A DNA stretch of 64,000 bases from the human T2T-CHM13v2.0 reference genome, Homo sapiens (GCF_009914755.1 NC_060942.1), one strand, 5' to 3'; numbered from the stretch's first letter, positions 1 through 14,204 are shown. The notes: generated by a model from the letters alone, not told the origin. A program made the numbers and translations.

Positions 1-55
1 GTAAACTTGAGAAGATTTGGAAGCAATTCTTTGAGGATTGAGGTCCTGACAATGT

Positions 56-383
<328 letters not shown>

Positions 384-3221
384 TAGCAGTACTCCTCAAT
401 GATCATGAGTCCAAGCTGAAGGTTGAAGTCAACAATATTTATAAGCTCTAAAGATATTTCCTAACTACATTTTATTAACAGGACCTACATCAATAATGTA
501 GGCTAGCATAAACACAGCAAGATTATATACAGTTTGTTGTCAGCAAATATATTGACTAGAATGTTTGTTTGCTTTTTTATGAAGAAGGTATACTCATCAC
601 TTCCTCAAGATAGGGGAAAAATTGTCTTCTTGTTACAAAACAAGCCTCTCAAAACATTATGTATTTGTATACTTTTAATCAATCACCTTTCTCCTAAGGT
701 TTATTTTAATGGTTAATTTTTTTGTTTTTTGCTTATTATTTATGTTTATAATGTTCCCTCTTGTGTCTTGGAGTGTCTACTTTGGAAAATTAAGGATGTG
801 GTGGCACATTTCAAAACTATTATATCTGGGATAAACAGAGGGGAATTATTTTAAAAGTCATTCTGGCTTACAGAGTTCATACATAAAAGAATAAAAAGTT
901 GAAAATAATAAATGTTATAGTAACTATACACCCAGCTGATATGTATCCTAATCTTCTGTAAAAGCAATCCAACAACTTCAGTTTTTTTTCTGAAGTGACA
1001 CAAATTCTACATTGTCTTTTCATCTCTGAGTTTAATAAATATCTGCTTAGAAATACTATTAAAGTTGTTAGCAGTTACTCCAGAAGTAGAGTTTTGACAA
1101 AGATTGGACAGCAAAGCTGGACAACTTATTGCAGGACGCATCAACTCAGGTTTAACACAGGAGTACTGAATTCCGAATATGATTACACTCAGACTGTGGA
1201 CTCTTATCAAGACTCAGCTAGAGCTATTCAGCAAAGCTTACTCTAGTACTATCCTCTGATAACTGGCTTTCACTCGTAACCACACATTTCTCTGAACTAG
1301 AGTGTAAAATCAAGGTAGGAGTATACATGGCACCTACAGACCAAGTCAAGAAAACAGCTGTGTAGGTGTAAAATAATCACATTGATCCATTGTGAAGATG
1401 TGTGACCCCTATTAATGAGTTGACTTCATAGTTAAATTTTATAATCATATCCCTTGAGCCACTGGGTGTGTTGCTATTTAGGCTACATTTTCTATGGTCT
1501 CACCAGAGCCATATGAAAACAGCAATCATTTTTCTTTAACCACCACAACTACTAAGATGGAGTCATCTGGCATTCTAACATCAATTAGTGGAGCAACCTC
1601 CCAAAGTGGTATTCTCTCAGAGGAGAGTGAGAGTACGCATTTTCCATGGCACACTCTGTAGAGTCTTTATAAATATATTGATTCTGTTGACTTTCTGTAC
1701 TTTAATGAGCAGATGATGTTTGGCTGCATCTCACCTGTCTCACCTATGTTTTGCCTATTTTTTATTGCTCCATAACACAACACCTTTTCTGTAAATTTCA
1801 GATGTGAGAATAAAGGAGAGAAATGTTTAGGGGTGAAAGCACCGGTAGCTACGTAAGCAGACTACTACCATACTTACACATGAAATCTGCCTGATATAAA
1901 ATAGTCAACCATTCTACCAGAAAGAACTTTGGATTTCCTGCGATAGCAATTTTATTTTAAAATCAAAGTTGCATATCTGCAAATAAAAGTAATAGCACTT
2001 TGCATTTTACTATTAATGGAGCTTTTCTGTATTATAGCAGGACAATGAGAAAACAATTTTAAAAACGGGAAGAGGAAACCCATTTAAAATTATTTTAAAA
2101 CTATTTTTATACTTTGAGGGCATGAGTGTATAAGCCCATTAAAATATTGCTGATGAAAATGCATTTTAAATTCCCATTAGATAAGATTATATTTTAACTT
2201 TCGTTTGAAACTTGAATTGATTCAAGATGAGAGAATAGCATTTTCAGATAATAAGCTGAAAGATCCTACATAACTGCCAGAACCACTAACAGACGTGTGT
2301 TTAGGGAATGAAAGTGTGTTTATCTGAGCAGGCTTTGAGAGTCAAACAGCTTTGCTTCAAAGTAGAAAGCAGGATGCAAAATTTTTGGCTTAGGAGCCTG
2401 GCAGGAAAAATGTGTATTTTGATTTCTTAGTGATATCAAAGATACTTATTAGCTTAGTGGAGGGACTCCATTTAGTTTCAAACCGTCATTCTAAAATAGA
2501 CCCCCTATTTCTGTGAGTAGTCTCTGAATGAGATGGTCATTATCATTTTCATTTGCATTAAATAGAACTCAGAATTCACAGGATGCTAGTATACAAATAA
2601 ACTTCACAAATGGTCTGCAGGACAATCCTATATAAAGTGGCTCCTCTTCAAATTCTATTGATCAGAAGACATTTTTTACCTACTTTTGAGGGCACTTAAT
2701 GGCTCTGAGACAATATATTTTCCAACTCTTTTGGTCACAGTGTGTCTCCAGTTGCTCATTAAAGTCAAAATCAGCATGCTATTTACCTATCCATGTTGCA
2801 AGGAATAATCCACGTTCCTTGAATAGGAGCATTTAAGCATCTCTGCTGCCTAATTGCAGAATTGATTTCTAATGGAGAGGTTTGGTTCCCCAAATACCAT
2901 CTTTTCCTGATTTTCAGATGAAATGCAACATATTTCTTTTCCAGGGCCTTTGAAGATTCTTAGGAATAAGAATATGTTTAATAGAAAATAGTCTTGAACC
3001 AGAAAAATCCAGGATATATTATTTTCTTCTGCAATTGATTGAAAATAGTTACTTAATTAAGAACCACCTGCAATATAGCTAGCAAGACCCCAGGCACAGA
3101 CAGTGACATGGGAACATCCATCATATCTGGAAATCCATGAGGGGTCAAGACAATATTTAGAAGAAAATAACTGGAAAACTGGGTTCTTGAAACTCATTCA
3201 AGGCTTGAGGAATCCCTCTTA

Positions 3222-3990
<769 letters not shown>

Positions 3991-5108
3991 ATCAATCAAT
4001 CAATCTTCAGGCCTCAAAATCATTAAGCCAAAGGGAAAAGTTAAACTGGGAACTGGGTCAGGCAAATCTTCCTCCCACTTTTGGTTCCTAAATAAGATAG
4101 CTACTAGATGAAAAGCTACATGCCTCCCCAGTATTTTGCCCACAAGGAAATTCCTAGTGAGCTCCAAGATTTTTACCCTAAAGTGTTTCTGTTAAAATTA
4201 CACCATGGCAATGTAAATTGATAGCTTATCTTTACAGGTGCAGTCACTACTCCACCCCCACCTGACACAATGCCTATTTGATTTTTCCCCTGCCCAGTTT
4301 TGTCTATGTTATCTTATGTAAAAATGCAGATTCACTACTGAGCCAGACGAAGGCATGAACGACTATGTTTTCCTACTCCCACATACATAAAAATTGTGTA
4401 CTTCTCAATATCCTGCCCTTTCTCCTTTAAATTTGGAGCCTCAAAATCATCTTCAGAGAAAGGCATAAACCTGTCTCCAGGGTGTGCATCCTCAACTTTG
4501 GCAAATAAACCTCCTAAAATGATTTGTCTCATCATTTTTCCTGACTGACAATGTCCTATTCCTAGAAGACTTGTAATGGTAGGCATCACTATTCATGTGT
4601 TTTTCTTTTAATAGACTAGTAGTTTGGAGGTTGTGCGTATAAATATACTTCTTCAGCAATTTTAAGCTTTTTGGGAGTAGCCCTCCTGATTTATCCTTCT
4701 CTGGTTACCATTTTGCTTGAGCAAAAACAGTTGATTCTCATTCTTAAAACTTAACTGAGAGCTACCTTAACAACACATTAATGACATTTTCTCTTAATCA
4801 ACTGGTACATCTTGGCTATGTTGCAAATGTCATGAAGGCAGGAAAAACTATTTAAATTTGTTTGAATCTGTCATAGCTATCAGTAATGTTCAGAGAACAT
4901 GATCCATGTCCAATACTGAATAGTTCACTGTTAAATGAATGAACAAACCAGTTTTGAGGATGATAGAATGTTAGAGCACAAAATCCTTTAAATAACATTT
5001 AACTCTTTGTTTTAAGAATGGGAAGAAAGTGAATCATAGACCCAAGAAATATTTTCTCTTACCTAATGCTACACATCCCATTTGAGTCAGATGTGAAAAA
5101 AAGAGGTC

Positions 5109-5423
5109 ATATGATCTATATGCTTCATTCATTTTTATTAAGTCTTATTCTTAACTGTGCCTCTGCTTCATGATACAACTGTACCGTAGTTATGGCAAGC
5201 AGTATGGGCTAAACCTAATGTCCTCACTAATGTGATCTTTCATATAGATACCAAATAGAATGTAATATTGTCATTCATTTATATAATCTAAATCCTTTCC
5301 CAATTGTTCAATATATGGACCATGTAAATCAAGGAAAAGCTGAAAATAAATACTCCTAATGTTTAGAATTAGGGAAGAAAAAACTTTTTGTGCAAAATAT
5401 CGTAAAGGATATAAAGAAATATA
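5109..5423 (+). repeat. Direct repeat, copy 1 (~315 bp, no recognisable TE)
   Basis: atatgatctatatgcttcattc...aaaggatataaagaaatata recurs at 6593-6907 with 7 substitutions counted by eye. Confidence 0.95.
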
Positions 5424-5466
5424 AAAATATAAAAATATGGTGGTAAACAAAGATGTGTACTGATGG

Positions 5467-5467
<1 letters not shown>

Positions 5468-5502
<35 letters not shown>
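5468..5502. repeat. Poly(T)35 homopolymer
   Basis: Uninterrupted T run followed by CAG. Confidence 0.95.
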
Positions 5503-5739
5503 CAGAATTCTTCCATGATTTTACCAACCTGAGTATTTGGTTCATTGCTCAAAGTTTCCAACTAGGTGTCTTTTAATTATATCACTGATGTCATCAAAAA
5601 GTGATACATGAATAGCAAGCACTACCACTCAGATAGTCCAGTCCTACTCACCTTCACAGAAACAGCTTTTAGAAGAAGTAATATAGCCACATCACTGTAG
5701 GATTTCAGAAATGATTCATGAGCATAATGCTAGGATCAC

Positions 5740-5862
5740 TCCAGCTTTGTCATTTAGAAGCCACGTGACCTTGGATAAGCCACTTAACCTCTTCTGAGCC
5801 CCAGTGTCTTTATTAGTAAACTGAAGAGACTGAAATATGTGACCTCCTGAAGCTCCTTCTAA
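5740..5862. mobile_element. MIR fragment
   Basis: gtgaccttggataagccacttaaccttctgagccccagtgtc...gtaaa MIR core. Confidence 0.7.
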
Positions 5863-6592
5863 TTTTTTATATTCATAATTATGGAAATTTTCATGGACAT
5901 TAAGTAGAAACCTTTGTAAATTGACTTCAGAGTTTCTGCCGAGAACTATCCTTAGTGAAATTTCTGTTGGCACAGTGGCCCAGCAGTAATTATAGGATGC
6001 AAAGTTCTTTCATTGTCCAACACAAAAATGAAATGCTGAAGGAAATGCTTTGAATTAATGGTGACCAGTAAGCTAAGAAATGAATGTTGAGAGATAATTG
6101 AATGACATTCTCTTTTTCGGCTATTTCTATTAAAAGTATACTTTAGAGAATCTTGGTAGTCATTTTATGTAGTACTCTTATGACAAGTATATGTATATTT
6201 TCTAATTTGGCAAATTTAGTATTGAAATTGTGAAGTTTCAGCTAAAAATATAAATGATAAATATAAATCTAAATATTCTACATATCATACTGATGAGCAA
6301 TTAGGTTCATAAAGCATATTTTGATAAAAACATTCACTATGAGAGAAAGCTAAAGAGGTGATATGATAAAATATGTAGTGAAGAAATTTGACATTTCTTT
6401 CTCCAGTTTTGAGTCTAAATTATTTCTCAATATGTACAAAAATGAAAGTGTAAGTTCTCCAAGGTCAGGGAATGCCATGATTTTATTTCTTTTGTATCAA
6501 TATGGAACAATCAATTGGGGCATTATAAATCTGTGTATGTTCAATTAATCATGTTGAGAATGTCAGATAGACACATATAGACATATATATAT

Positions 6593-6907
6593 ATATGATC
6601 TATATGCTTCATTCATTTTTATTAAGTCTTATTCTTAACTGTGCCTCTGCTTCATGATACAACTGTACCGTAGTTATGGCAAGCAGTATGGGCTAAACCT
6701 AATGTACTCACTAATGTGATCTTTCATATAGATACCAAATGGAATGCAATATTGTCATTCATTTATATAATCTAAATCCTTTCCCAATTGATCAATATAT
6801 GCACCATGTAAATCAAGGAAAAGCTGAAAATAAATACTCCTAATGTTTAGAATTAGGGAAGAAAAAACTTTTTGTGAAAAATATCATAAAGGATATAAAG
6901 AAATATA
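6593..6907 (+). repeat. Direct repeat, copy 2, embedded in a TA-rich microsatellite
   Basis: Copy of 5109-5423, preceded by (TA)n and followed by an inverted copy of its own 3' end. Confidence 0.95.
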
Positions 6908-7129
6908 TCCTTTATGATATATTTCTCTCTCTATATATATCTATCTCCACATATAAGAGGAGACATAGTTGCCTCTTAAATACAGGGAAATACTAACAAC
7001 ACTGTGATTGGCTTCTATAAATCTTTTGTAAATCTTTCACAGTTGATGGTCTAGATAATTTTTTTTCCTGAGTCAATACAGATATTTACCCTTAAAACAT
7101 ACTGTAGAAATGGTCATCTTGTAAAAGGT

Positions 7130-7446
7130 GGTTGTTGTTGTTTTGAGACAGAGTCTCGCTCTGTTGCCCAGGCTGGAGTGCAGTGGCGTGATCTCGGCTC
7201 ACTGAAAGCTCCGCCTCCCGGGTTCATGCCATTCTCCTCCCTCAGCCTCCTGAGTAGCTGGTATTACAGACGCCCGCCACCACGCCCGGCTAATTTTTTT
7301 TTTTTTTTTTTTTTTTTTTTGTATTTTTAGTAGAGACGGGGTTTCACCATGTTAGCCAGGATGGTCTCAATCTGCTGACCTCGTGATCCGCTCATCTCGG
7401 CCTCCCAAAGTACTGGGATTACAGGCGTGAGCCACCACACCTGGCC
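7130..7446 (-). mobile_element. AluY with expanded central A-linker
   Basis: AluY diagnostics (aagctccgcctcccgggttcatgccattctc; gttagccaggatggtctc); CpG-rich; linker is T27. Confidence 0.93.
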
Positions 7447-8015
7447 AAAAGTTTTTTCTAAAATTTCATACTTTGTGCCTTCTTTAGCAAAAATCCAAAT
7501 CATAATTCTTAATATATTGATAGTTTAATGGTGTTATTTATTAATATTATTATTATACCTAGCTGCTTGCCTTTAGAGCAAATGGTCCCAGACTTACATA
7601 TTTATAAAATAATTTTTAAGTTTTATCTTACATTTTAAAATAATTTCATCTTTTTTCTATAAGTTGTCAGTTTATTCTACTATTAAAATATTTGTTTCTA
7701 GAAACCCAGTTTTAGTTCTTAAAATTTAGATAATCAGCATGTTATATCTGACACTAATATCAAATAGACTCAGAACGAGAACATGATAGTCTCCCATGTC
7801 GTGAAAGGGTTTATAAACAATGTAAGAATTTTATTTTAAGGATTTTCTTGACATTTGCTTGGGCTACTAAAATCATTTTTATTTGGTTTCTATTTTCTCG
7901 TCTTGTTCAGAATAGTGACTGGCTTTTCAACTATGCATGTTTAACCATAGTTGGTTTTATAGCCATGTACAGTACAGAGCCACTGTACTGGAGGAGAGCT
8001 ACTAGTTTGTGGTTT

Positions 8016-8159
8016 GGATGACTATATAAATTAATTCAAACTGGAACACCTTTGAATGAAATTCAATGCTACCATAAGAATTAACAAGCATTAATTGCTA
8101 TACAGCAGGAGATACCAACTAGGAATGTCCTGGGAAAATCAGGATTCATGCCAATCCTA
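8016..8159 (+). mobile_element. MER94-like hAT-Blackjack MITE, degenerate
   Basis: ggatgactatataaatt...aaactggaacacctttga...gtcctgggaaaatcagga...ccta resembles the recalled MER94 consensus. Confidence 0.5.
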
Positions 8160-10237
8160 TTTGCAGTAATGTTAATAATAAATTGTTTTCAAGCATCTCA
8201 GAGCCAAAACAATGGATCATAATGAACTTGGCCCATTTTCCCCAAGATCAAAGGGTATGCTTAGTTCTATCAGTTTGGGATGTGAGTATGGTTGTAAACA
8301 TATTCTGTCTTCTCATAGTTAAAGCTGGACTAGCATTTGTTGATTCTCCTAATGAGAATGCTTATAAAATCAGTTTGTACTTAAATATCTGGCTGTATTT
8401 TTAACTGTTCTTTATCAAGTTTTCTTTTAACTTTTCCTCATATATTTCTGACTATATGGCAAGTACTTCAGGTTAAGCCTTATTTCTAGAGTTTTTAAAA
8501 ATGTGCCTTACTTCTAGATGGACTAGGTAATACCAGCATGGAGTGATTTAAGAAGTATGTGAACAGAATACACATTGTAAGATTATAGTAACAGGATACC
8601 TGTATTCGAGTCTAGTGTTGGGTAGGCAGCAGTGAGGAGAAGTACATTGGAGGAGGTAGTAAAAGGAGGGTAGCAATCTCTCCACTTCCTCAGTGTCACA
8701 TCCTAAGGATAATATATGAATTTGAAAATTGGGAATGTTCTTAAAGCCTACCTTCCCATACCTTTTGATTTTGATGTTACAAAGCTTGCATCGACTCTTA
8801 CTTAGTAAGTTAGTTAGCATCCATCAAATAATCAAAACTATCAAAATGTAGTAAAAGTGGACAGGAGAGTTTGGACACATGTATTGATTCTAGAATATAA
8901 TTAGTGAGGAAATGTCCTAAACATCATTCTAATAGAAGCTCTTGATTTGGAATTTTATTTCCAGTTTCAGAACAATTCTAGCCCATTTTATTCCTCTGGA
9001 CCTTAAAATATCCAAAACCATTTATAGAATAATAGGATTCCTTAAGGAAGGGGTCATGCCCTTAAGTATTCTCTTTAAAGATAAGCCACAAACTGGGGAA
9101 GAAAGGAAAAAAATAAATTGTGGCTAAAAAGCAATTTAAGCTTTCAGAGAAGAATTATATAAAAATTAAGCTCGTAGTAATTCAGAAATCACAGGGCTTT
9201 ATATCTGGAAGACACTTTAGAGATCAAGTCTAATTTATTCATTTCACAGATGAGTAAACTAGGTCGAGATTGGCTACAGGACTTGCTTGACTGCAGAGTT
9301 GGTTAGGAACTAAACCTAATACCAAACTACAACTGTTTCCCATTGTTCCAGAATGACTTAATCCAGGCCAAAGCCAGGTATGGGGCAAGACTTAGGTCAT
9401 GGAATTGACTGGATATGTTAGCATTTCAAAAAAAAAAAAAAAATTGAAGGTATTTGCAGAATTAATTTTTTTGCTTCTAATAAGAATGAGGATTATTCAA
9501 TACATTTATAAAGTAAACATGATATATATTTTGCTAGAGTTTCACCTAAACTTATAATTATTTTTAAAATACTTTATCTTTAATTTTTTATTTAGATCAT
9601 TTAGATATCAAAGATAACCCAGTATCAAAATTTGTGCACTTCTACCATAGTATTTATTATAATTTGCTGCAATTTTTAATTTAGAGTATCTTCACTTCCC
9701 CAAACCTCAAGCATTTTGAAGACAGAGCCTCAATTTTATTTCACTCTGTATTTTCTTGACCTATTGCAGTTCTTGGTACACACTAAGTTATTCCATAAAA
9801 AAAGTGAAATAAGAAAGAGCTTGAGTAAAATGTAAATGGATTTTAGACATAGCTAGCTTAAGAATTTGCCGTACTACCTTAGATAAATCACATTACCTCT
9901 ATGAGCCTTGCATTTTCCACGTATGTAATGAGTAATTTTTTTTTTCAGGAGATAGATCTGGAACCAATAGATGGAAACTATAAAGAAATTCTCAGCTCAT
10001 TGTAAGAAAAACTCTTTCTAATAAGTAAAGTTTTCCAAAGCTGTGCTTGTTTCCTAAAACAGAATTCTTAACAAATGGAAGACATCAATCATAGCCTTAA
10101 TGAGCATGTAGCAGAAGAGTTAAGTATTAAAAAAATTAAATGCTGGAAAGATGCTTAGGGTACAAGTTCTTTATAATCTGAGATTTGGTGATGCCATGGG
10201 ATTATTGTGGCACTGCAAGATTATGTGTATAATAAGA

Positions 10238-10730
10238 TGAAGTGCAGGACATGCTACCCCAAAATATGGTACCTTGGAAATGCAGAAAACCTCAAAAGCA
10301 GAAAGGTCTATCTGAACTTCTCTCACCCCTGCTCTTTTGAAGACCCTCATTGACAGGTATCCAGTCCTACACCCAGAGCAAAGGAATATTGCACAGAAAT
10401 GCCAAAAAGAATTTTTGATCCTTTATGGTATGGTAATGGTTTGGTTTATTACCATTAGCAATGGTAATGGTTTATTAATATTAGGTTATATCCATTTATA
10501 TTCAATCACACTTCGCACTATTGTTCATTCTTAATCAAACCTGAGCATAAAAATACACATTTTTTCCTGGGTCTTTGAGTCTTCATTTTGGAAAGCTCCC
10601 ACATCATGTAAAGCTTTGGTCAAATAAAGCATTATGCTTATCTATTGTTAATGTCTCTGTCTTTTGTTATAGGGTGTCAGCCATGAAGCTTGCAATGGGC
10701 AAGGGAAATATATCACTTGGTCTCTTTTAC
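10238..10730 (+). mobile_element. ERV1 solo LTR (MER34-like)
   Basis: tgaagtgcaggacatgctaccccaaaatatgg start; aataaagcattatgc...tctgtcttttgttatagggtgtcagccatga 3' part. Confidence 0.65.
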
Positions 10731-11306
10731 AAGCACAATCATGAAACACATTGGGACTTGGCCTCCAGTATTGCCACCAAGAAAACACCCACTTTACTTC
10801 TTTGTATAACATTTTACTCAAATTCTAGGTGATGACATTAATAATAGCTTTTCTGTCTACTTCCTGGATTTGTTGTAAGGATAGTAAACTTCAACATACA
10901 TTGAAAATTAATAGTACCAAAAGACAACAAGGTGATATTATTAAAAGAATTTCAATGGTGTTCTCTCCTGTTTCCTACAGGGAACATAAATTCTGTTAAA
11001 ACAACTGTATAGACCACCTCCTGAATGGAAGGATTTAATAATGGTTTGAAAGCCAACATTTCATCATCTGTTTAGCCTGATGTACTCCTGACTATGTTTG
11101 GCTGCAGTTGAAACTAGCTTTAAAAAATTTTTATTGATATGAACATTTAATAGCTTTATCTTTTTAATTGTATGTTTGCCAGTTTCTCAGTATTACTAGA
11201 GCATAGAATTTCAGATTTATCTCTCATCACTTACCACTTCACCCACAATGAGGTAAGATTCTCCATCTCCAGCCATATGTAACTAAAAAATGTTCTATTA
11301 ATATTC

Positions 11307-11680
11307 TGTATTGCTCAGCTATTGCCACAATAATGCTACAAGACAAACCACCTCAAACTTAGTGTCTTAAAGCAACTAGTGTTCATGATTTTTCTAGTTC
11401 ACAAATCTGTGTGGTATCTGTAGCAGATCTGTTCCATGTGTGGGTAGACTGGGCTTTCTTTCTTTGGGTTGGGTTTAGGTCTTTTCACAGGTTTTCTCAA
11501 TCACTGAGGACAAAGGGTTATCTGCAGCATTCCCTTTTCTTGAGAAGTAGCACAAGTACACTTAGTGCTTCTAAAGATCTTGGACCAAGACTAGCAGATT
11601 GTCTCATCTGCCTGCATTCCATTGGACTAAGCAGTGACATAGTCAAGTCTACATCAATAGAAAGGAGAAATATATTGGCT
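11307..11680 (-). mobile_element. Old MaLR LTR (MLT1J/K-like)
   Basis: tgtattgctcagctattgccacaataatgct...aaaccacctcaaacttagtgtcttaaagcaac. Confidence 0.65.
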
Positions 11681-12329
11681 ATTCATCATTATATTGGCAC
11701 CACACTGGGGACCAGGTAAGTCCATGTAAATACTGTAGACTGAATGAATATTCAATAAATGAAAATTTCACTTTCTACCAAAGCATAATTCTAGTTGAGT
11801 GTTTCCAACAACACAAATTTGCTATTTCCCAGAGCAGCCATTTTTTTTATTTGAGCATTTTAGTTGCTACAAACCCCCTATTATCATGAATAAAATTTAA
11901 CCTACTCAATGTTCTTCCAATTAGATCTCTAGTTTCCACTGAAAAACAAGTACACTTCCTCTTAGATAAGATAGCCCTTTCAAATAATTGAAATAATTTT
12001 TCCATTGTATATATTCCCAGTGGCTTCAACAGTTCTAACCCCCATAAGTCCATTGTTCAAATGTTTCTAGAAGCAAATGCATCTGTTAATATATAGATTT
12101 CAAATAGTCTTCAAATAACTCATAAATATAGAAAGAGATGACCTATTTCTAGTTGCTTGTACACTATCAATATTCCAATTATGCAGTTTTTTTAAAAACA
12201 GTAACATAGCGATGAGAAAATACAATGTTTTAAAATAATGAAAATAAGTACAAAGGGAAATAATATGATGAAGATTTGTGTATACATGATGTAGGTTTTC
12301 AACTTAATAATTTCCTACATTAGAACTCT

Positions 12330-13330
12330 AATAGAACATGAATCATTACATGTATAGTTAAAATCTACTTTGTATTTCCCCCCTTTCTTAACTTTTCCCC
12401 TTTCTCCCATAAGAGGTAACAACTTGCTTAAATATTTTATAAAAATTTACCACATTCTAAGCCACAACCAAAAATTCTATATACATCAAATAATCAATCT
12501 TTTACAGACTACCTTATTTACATTTTGATCCAAAATCAATAAAAAATTATAAACAGGATGTGTATGTGAAACAATGTCTACTTTTGTATTGACTGAAGTA
12601 TTCTGTTTAAGTTAAATGTGTTTACAAATCTTTTACAACTATACAGCCTTTTAATTGAATACCAGCAGAGGTGCATTAAAACTTTCTACTATATAAAATT
12701 TTGAATTTGTAAATGATTTACAGTTCTCTTGATTTGCCTTAAATATTATAGATTAGAATTTTAGAATATTCTGACACTTCTAATTTAATAATACTTTTGC
12801 ATAACATCTATTTGCCTTATATTAATACAGGTATACTTACTTTGAGTTTGGCTACTTTTGCCTACCTTTTTAATTCCTTATTTGATTTTCCATTTTTCTG
12901 TACCATTTGTCTCTTTTAACCCAAATATAGGGTTGTTTTATTCTTTTGTTCAATATGATACTGACAATATTTGCCTATTTTAGGACAGAGAGATTTATTT
13001 ATTTTGATATCTGATATTTTGATATGTGTACATTATACCTCCTTGTTACCTTTTTATGCTTTCTTTTTTGTCTTATATTGTATTAACAACTTTTTTTATT
13101 CTTCTCTTTTTCCCATGCTTGTATCAAATTATATGGTTTATGTCTAGCACTTAATATATGAGTTTATATTTTTAACATAATCATTTTGAAAGTATTAAGT
13201 TAAATAAAATATCCACCTTTCTTCAAAATATATCTAGGACATGGAGATGTTTTAAATCTTATACCTTTCCTCACAACTTACTTATAATTGTGATGTAGTA
13301 TTTTAGTTCTATTTTTATGTCACAAAAAAA
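12330..13330 (-). mobile_element. Highly diverged L1ME-type fragments
   Basis: T-rich reverse L1 signature (ttttaacccaaatatagggttgtttt...ctgacaatatttgcc). Confidence 0.45.
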
Positions 13331-13830
13331 TTACTTCTCTTTCTCTCTTCCTCCTTCATTTTCTTCTTCCCTACAGGTTTGCAAACTAACATAGTAGACC
13401 ATACTAAATCTTGGTTATGTCACTTATTTCACTTATTCCATCAGGTTCCTTATCCTTAGTTCCATGAGCAGATTTGCTAAGCAGATCTTTCTTTATATTC
13501 ACCTAAAATTCTCTAATAGAAATTATCACATTAGGATCTATGTCAGAGTTTTGTGCAAACCTGAGGAAAAAAAATAAAGTATTTTTAAATTTTATAATTT
13601 AATTGGCAATATAACACCTATATGGACTCTTTTATTTTTAGAAAATTGAGGGAATTTGGAAATATTCTGGTTGGTAATTTTGATTCTTTTAAAATTTAAT
13701 TCCTGATTGTTATCACAAATTTGTTCTTCTTCTGCTTGAATAAAGTCATCTTCTCCTTTGTTGTAAATATATTTGAAGCTAAAGCATAAAATAAACTCAG
13801 AGATTGGAGAGGTTTAAGAACATCACCTAC

Positions 13831-13904
13831 CTGGCCAGCAGTGTCCAAGATGTCCAAGTAAGCTGGCTCATTGTCAATCCTGACCTGGGTCTTATAAGCA
13901 TCTT
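13831..13904 (-). CDS. RIT2: Internal coding exon (74 nt, probably exon 3) of Ras-like GTPase RIT2/Rin
   Basis: Minus strand reads ...ttgtgtttttcag|AA GAT GCT TAT AAG ACC CAG...ACT GCT GGC CAG|gtaggt, with canonical acceptor and donor. It encodes (E)[24 protein letters not shown] with the DTAGQ G3 box and matches RIT2 as I recall it. Contained in ORF 13696..13953. Confidence 0.95.
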
Positions 13905-14204
13905 CTGAAAAACACAAGACAACATTTACATTTAAATGTGACAGGAAAGGCATTATTAATTTTTAGATTTCATATAGAAGAATTTCTAAGTAAGTTACTA
14001 AGATAATTAGAAATATTCCTCAAATAACGTATATAGATTGAAAAATGATGTAACTCAGGAAAATATAGGAGAAAGTGTTTCTGCTTATGGTGAAACCAAG
14101 TAGATTTCTCTTTCATCAGGAAAATTTTGCGATCTGAGGCGCCCTAGTGATGTTACCTAGAGAAAAACATGGAACAAATGTTATTCGTTCTTTCCTAACA
14201 ATGC

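Noticed and set aside
7970-7990. cagtacag-agcca-ctgtactg 8-bp hairpin (similar short one near 43274-43302)
   Set aside because: Too short to exceed chance expectation in 64 kb.
13696-13953. 85-aa ORF as a complete small GTPase-like protein
   Set aside because: Only 13831-13904 is exon; the flanks are intron read-through bounded by canonical splice sites.
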